Assembly (NCBI GenBank): GCA_020048055.1
Contig: JAIFNA010000002.1
Span: 32,023 to 96,022, forward strand
Length of the DNA stretch: 64,000 nucleotides
Origin: Arcobacter sp.
GTDB lineage: Bacteria > Campylobacterota > Campylobacteria > Campylobacterales > Arcobacteraceae
Reading direction: 5' to 3'
Both the position numbers and the translations under genes were made by a program. The notes below the pieces were generated by a model. The model had not been told where the DNA came from, ran no database searches, and saw only the letters and a program-made list of their open reading frames with translations. Shown here piece after piece: positions 59,937 to 64,000 of this stretch. Each line of letters begins with the position of its first letter. The first letter of the stretch is position 1.

Positions 59937-61046
59937 TTATTTTATCTCTTCTAGAACTTTTTTAATCATAAAATCAAATTTATTGAGCTCAACCAAAAAA
60001 GCATCGTGTCCGTAATTACTTTCAATCAAGGTGTAATCAACCAAATCCCCTTGCCCATTTTCAATCATTATTTGATATATCTCTTCAGTTTCTTCAGGTT
60101 TAAAAAGTAAATCCCCACTAAAAGCATAAAGATGGAGTTTTGTTTTTATCTTTGATAGACTCTCAGCCAAAGTATCACTACCCCTTGCTGCATTAAAAAT
60201 ATTCATTGTTTTTACAATATATAAATAGCTAAGCGGATCGAAATATTTAGGGAAACTATACCCGTTATATTCAAGATATCTTTCAACTTCAAATCTACCA
60301 AACAACTCATAAAGTCCATCAGTTTCAACATATCTTCTTCCAAATTTCATATCCATACTATCATTTGAAAGATATGAGATATGTCCAGCCATTCTCCCAA
60401 GCGCTAACCCTTTTAGTCCATTTGATTTTATATCTTCACTATCATAGTTTCCATCTTTAAAATCTGGATCATTCCTTATTGCTTCGATTGTTATTTTATT
60501 ATATGCAATCGCCCAAGGTCTTGTGTACGCAGTAGAAGCTAACATAAAAATATGCTTTGCAAACAGTGGGTACTCAACAGCATAACAAAGTGCTTGCATA
60601 CCACCCATACTTCCACCAATTACAGCGTGCAACTCTGAAATCTCTAATGATTTTAAAACTCTCATTTGAGCTTTTACAATATCACTAATTGTTAAAACTG
60701 GAAATTTTAACCTATATGGTTTACTGGTAGCTGGATTTATACTCATTGGGCTAGTTGAACCAAAGCATGAACCAATATTATTCATACAAATCACAAAAAA
60801 CTTATGTGTATCAACAGCCTTACCATCTCCAATAAAACCGTCCCACCAACCAGCTTTTCGATCCCCATCATAAATTCCAGCTACATGATGGCTTCCACTT
60901 AAAGCATGAGTGATTAAAACTGCATTGTTTTTCTCTTGATTTAAAGTCCCATAGGTTTCATAAATAACCTCAAAAGGTTTTAAAACTCGTCCACTCTCAA
61001 GATAAAGTGGTTCATCAAAAAATACTTTTTTTGTTTCAAGAATCAT
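59937..61046 (-). CDS. metX: Homoserine O-acetyltransferase
   Basis: Alpha/beta hydrolase with nucleophile elbow (GGSMGGMQAL), 369 aa, immediately downstream of metY. Confidence 0.85.
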   Translation of the reverse strand: MILETKKVFFDEPLYLESGRVLKPFEVIYETYGTLNQEKNNAVLITHALSGSHHVAGIYDGDRKAGWWDGFIGDGKAVDTHKFFVICMNNIGSCFGSTSPMSINPATSKPYRLKFPVLTISDIVKAQMRVLKSLEISELHAVIGGSMGGMQALCYAVEYPLFAKHIFMLASTAYTRPWAIAYNKITIEAIRNDPDFKDGNYDSEDIKSNGLKGLALGRMAGHISYLSNDSMDMKFGRRYVETDGLYELFGRFEVERYLEYNGYSFPKYFDPLSYLYIVKTMNIFNAARGSDTLAESLSKIKTKLHLYAFSGDLLFKPEETEEIYQIMIENGQGDLVDYTLIESNYGHDAFLVELNKFDFMIKKVLEEIK

Positions 61047-61056
61047 ATAATTTTGA

Positions 61057-62316
61057 TTAACCTATCGCTTTTTCTAAATCTGCTATCAAGTCACTTACAT
61101 CTTCAATACCAACACTAAGTCGCACTAAACTATCGCTAATTCCAGCTTTTAAAAGCTCCTCTTTACTCATTTGGGAATGTGTTGTTGATGCTGGATGAAC
61201 TATTAAAGATTTACTATCCCCAATATTTACAACCACTTTGAATATTGAAGTTCCATCAGCTACTTTAAGCGCTGCTTCATAGTCTTCTAATTCAAAACTA
61301 AGAAGTCCACTAGCTCCACCATTGAGGTACTTTGTAGCTCTTAGATAATTTTTATCACTTTTTAAAAGTGGATAATTTACTTTTTTAACTTTTTTATTAT
61401 TTTCTAAAAATTCTGCTATTTGGATAGCATTTTTACTATGCTCTTTAATTCGTAAAGCCAATGTTTCAAGTCCTTGAATTAAAAGCCAACTATTAAATGG
61501 ACTAGGCGCTGCACCTAAATCCCTTAAAACACAAAGCAACAATCTCATAGTAAATGCAGGAAATGGTAAGCTAGCATAAACAAGTCCATGGTAACTCTCA
61601 TCTGGCTCATTAAAATGATTGTATCTAGGATTATTTTTGATTTTGTCATCACAGCTTCCACCCTCAACAATTATCCCGCCAAGTGCTAACCCTTGTCCAC
61701 CTGTATATTTTGAAGTGCTATGGACAACAACATCACAACCCAAAACAATAGGTTTACAAAGATATGGAGTTGCCACTGTATTATCTACAATTGTTATAAT
61801 ATTGTGTTTATTTGCAATTGCTACAATCCCATCAAAATCAGCAACAGCTAAAGATGGGTTTGATAAAGATTCAAAAATAATAGCTTTTGTTTTACTATCA
61901 ATTAAACCTTCAAGTGATGAAGCATCGGTAACATCAAAATTTCTAGTTTCAATACCTAATCTTTTGATTGTATGGGAAGTTAAAGTTGAAGTACCACCAT
62001 AAACAGCATTTGCAACTAAAATATTATCTCCGCTTTCGCAAAGATTTACGATAGTTGAAAAAATCGCACTCATTCCACTTGCGGTTGCTATTGCACTTAC
62101 TCCACCCTCTAATTCGCTAAATCTTCTCTCAAATATAGCCGTCGTAGGGTTCATAAGTCTTGTGTAGATATTTCCTAGCTCTTGTAAACTAAAAAGATTT
62201 GAAGCATGAAGGCTATCTCTAAACTCATAAGCGGTACTCATATAAATTGGAACCGCCATCGTTTTTTGAGTATCTTTTTCATATCCGAAGTGTATTGCGT
62301 TTGTTTGATCTTTCAT
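61057..62316 (-). CDS. metY: O-acetylhomoserine aminocarboxypropyltransferase (sulfhydrylase)
   Basis: Cys/Met-metabolism PLP enzyme family with the Schiff-base Lys in HSTSKYTGG, 419 aa. Confidence 0.85.
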   Translation of the reverse strand: MKDQTNAIHFGYEKDTQKTMAVPIYMSTAYEFRDSLHASNLFSLQELGNIYTRLMNPTTAIFERRFSELEGGVSAIATASGMSAIFSTIVNLCESGDNILVANAVYGGTSTLTSHTIKRLGIETRNFDVTDASSLEGLIDSKTKAIIFESLSNPSLAVADFDGIVAIANKHNIITIVDNTVATPYLCKPIVLGCDVVVHSTSKYTGGQGLALGGIIVEGGSCDDKIKNNPRYNHFNEPDESYHGLVYASLPFPAFTMRLLLCVLRDLGAAPSPFNSWLLIQGLETLALRIKEHSKNAIQIAEFLENNKKVKKVNYPLLKSDKNYLRATKYLNGGASGLLSFELEDYEAALKVADGTSIFKVVVNIGDSKSLIVHPASTTHSQMSKEELLKAGISDSLVRLSVGIEDVSDLIADLEKAIG

Positions 62317-62396
62317 TTGTAGCCTCCATTTAAAATAGTCGCGATTATATCTAAGAAGTTTTTAATACAGTATGAAAATACAGGAATGAGTAATGT

Positions 62397-62840
62397 TTAC
62401 CTACTATTACTTTTAGCTCTTAGTGCCAAAACCACTTTTCGTACCAATATCAATTGTTTTGTTTTTATTTTTGGCAAATCCTCAATATCAAAAAAATTCA
62501 CTTGATAATTTTCAGCACAAATATATTTTTTTTTCAACATATCAGCATCAAAAAAACTATCCAAATTTTTAACAGTTGCACCATCAACCATAAAAATTCC
62601 AACATCTTTATTTTTGTTTTTTTGGTAAAAAAAATCTTCTAAATTTTTACCGTCAACTTTTATCCCTGATTCCTCATAAAACTCTCTAACAGCAGCTTTT
62701 CTAGGTGTTTCACTTCCCCTTTTTGTACCTTTTAAAAATCCCCATTTATTTTGGTTATCGATAGATTGACACAACAATATTTTATAACTATTTTTGTTTT
62801 TAACATACAAACAAATTCCATAAGCTTTCTCTAACGACAT
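62397..62840 (-). CDS. NUDIX hydrolase
   Basis: Nudix box GTKRGSETPRKAAVREFYEESGI (Gx5Ex7REUxEExGU). Confidence 0.7.
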   Translation of the reverse strand: MSLEKAYGICLYVKNKNSYKILLCQSIDNQNKWGFLKGTKRGSETPRKAAVREFYEESGIKVDGKNLEDFFYQKNKNKDVGIFMVDGATVKNLDSFFDADMLKKKYICAENYQVNFFDIEDLPKIKTKQLILVRKVVLALRAKSNSR

Positions 62841-62843
62841 ACG

Positions 62844-63623
62844 CTACCACCCCAACATTAAAAATAAAGAAGATATAAGATAATTAAACATAAAAACACA
62901 AACAGCAGCATAAACAACAGCTTTAGTGGTCGCCATACCAACCCCTTTTGCTCCACCAGATGTGATATAACCAACATAAGTTCCAATTGTAGCAATAAGA
63001 TACCCAAAAATAAATGCTTTTATAATTCCACTATAAATATCAGTTAAAATAAGATGTTGCAAAATAACATTTTGGTAAGTTATCGGATTTATCCCAAGCA
63101 CATAATTTGCAATCAAAAATGCACTTAAATTTCCAACAAAGTCAAATACAATCACCAAAAGTGGCAATGAAATAATACTTGCCATTATTTTAGGGACGAT
63201 TAATAGCTCTTTTGAATCAACACCAAGTGTTTCAATAGCATCTATTTGCTCAGTTACCCTCATGGTTCCAATCTCTGCTGCCATCGATGAAACTGCGCGA
63301 CTAATAACCATTAAACTTCCAAAAACAGGACCTAACTCTTTTGTGATAGATAAAAATATTGTATATCCCATAAAACTCTCAATTCCAAATTGATGAAATC
63401 CAGAATAAAGCTGAATAGCAGAAACCATCCCTGTAAAAAATGATGTTAAAACTATAACACCAATAGTTCCAACACCGATAATATAAATCTCCCTTATTAC
63501 AACACTCCATCTAACTCTTATAAAAAAAAGTGGTATAAGTTGCCATTGGAAGATAATAAATTTTCCAAACTCAGCAAGCACCCCAAAAAATGAGAAAATA
63601 AATGCGCCCAAACGAAAAAACAT
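62844..63623 (-). CDS. mlaE: Phospholipid ABC transporter permease MlaE
   Basis: 259 aa, 5-6 TM helices, and an MlaE-like conserved core (LGPVFGSLMVISRAVSSMAAEIGTMRVTEQIDAIETLGVD). Confidence 0.75.
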   Translation of the reverse strand: MFFRLGAFIFSFFGVLAEFGKFIIFQWQLIPLFFIRVRWSVVIREIYIIGVGTIGVIVLTSFFTGMVSAIQLYSGFHQFGIESFMGYTIFLSITKELGPVFGSLMVISRAVSSMAAEIGTMRVTEQIDAIETLGVDSKELLIVPKIMASIISLPLLVIVFDFVGNLSAFLIANYVLGINPITYQNVILQHLILTDIYSGIIKAFIFGYLIATIGTYVGYITSGGAKGVGMATTKAVVYAAVCVFMFNYLISSLFLMLGW

Positions 63624-64000
63624 TATGAAATCCTTTTTTGATACATAACAACACTATATAAAAATAGTAAAGATAATGGGAGAATAATAGCAACTTGCGG
63701 GGTAAGAAGTGTTGCTGTCGCTATTTTTTGCAAAAAGAAAAATAATCCCCAAATTCCAAGCGAAAACAAAATCGCACCCGATATAAACTTCCCAGTTTTA
63801 AAAAATCTACCACTAATACTACTATAAGCAAAAATCAAAACCACCAATGGAATAACCATAAAAGGGATAAAAAGTTTTCCATATAAAATAGCTGTTATCT
63901 TATCTGTATTTAACCCTTGTTTTTCAAATAAAGCTATCGTATAAAGTGCATCATCAATTGAATACTCTACCTTCTCTTGGTAAACATTGCTTATTATTTC
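63623..64000 (-). CDS. Membrane protein, C-terminal part; the ORF continues in-frame past the window end, so the 78-aa entry in the ORF track is a truncation artefact
   Basis: Hand translation upstream of the tracked Met shows no stop up to position 64000 (...DDALYTIALFEKQGLNTDKITAILYGKLFIPFMVIPLVV...). Its stop overlaps the mlaE ATG (ATGA). Confidence 0.4.
   Translation of the reverse strand, partial: EIISNVYQEKVEYSIDDALYTIALFEKQGLNTDKITAILYGKLFIPFMVIPLVVLIFAYSSISGRFFKTGKFISGAILFSLGIWGLFFFLQKIATATLLTPQVAIILPLSLLFLYSVVMYQKRIS

Noticed and set aside
62317-62396. Possible SAM riboswitch upstream of metY-metX
   Set aside because: The leader is only 80 nt and AT-rich with no conserved SAM-I/SAM-II helices. 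It is too short for a riboswitch.
63623-63859. 78-aa standalone ORF from the track
   Set aside because: It is not a separate gene. The frame stays open upstream to the window edge, so it is the C-terminal part of a longer membrane protein that extends beyond position 64000.

Overview
This is a 64 kb AT-rich (about 28% GC) chromosomal segment that looks like a Campylobacterota genome. The gene content suggests an Arcobacter- or Aliarcobacter-like organism: it has KatG, Amt plus a P-II protein, GltBD, MetXY, a fused CcsBA cytochrome c synthase and an MqnE/C-type futalosine enzyme. This organism call is inference only.

The window is densely coding and mostly housekeeping:
- folD-lepB-rpiB
- pyrC, tkt, topA
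- bioB-hisIE-lpxB
- mreBC-ppiase
- clpX-lpxA-fabZ
- priA, ilvE, gltBD, ccsBA
- amt-glnB, ahpC, katG, metYX, mlaE

No rRNA, tRNA, CRISPR array, transposase, integrase or obvious prophage/defence island was seen.

The stretches that stand out against that background are:
- a 9-nt homopolymeric G tract at the extreme 5' end of an outer-membrane beta-barrel gene, a classic phase-variation signature
- two cytoplasmic ankyrin-repeat proteins, each welded by start/stop overlap onto a housekeeping operon: a 646-aa one coupled to the ubiquitin-like sulfur carrier ThiS, and a 104-aa one immediately after gltD
- a metal-handling block of OMP, znuA (His-rich), znuC, znuB, a fused periplasmic-domain-plus-RcnA/NicO permease, two LPP20 lipoproteins and a lytic transglycosylase
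- a four-gene coupled cluster of a NosL-like protein, an HCxxMCGG membrane protein, a secreted PLD/Nuc-like nuclease and an M48 protease
- a 39-aa membrane micro-ORF overlapping the start of a tandem YfbR-like HD-domain protein
- an overlapping chain zapB-like, zapA-like, pseudopilin, priA, PAS histidine kinase, mqn
- several structured noncoding elements: amt-glnB spacer hairpins, a perfect 12-bp-arm palindrome between katG and ahpC, and a 381-bp AT-rich katG upstream region

All functional calls come from reading motifs in the supplied translations. No database search was possible.
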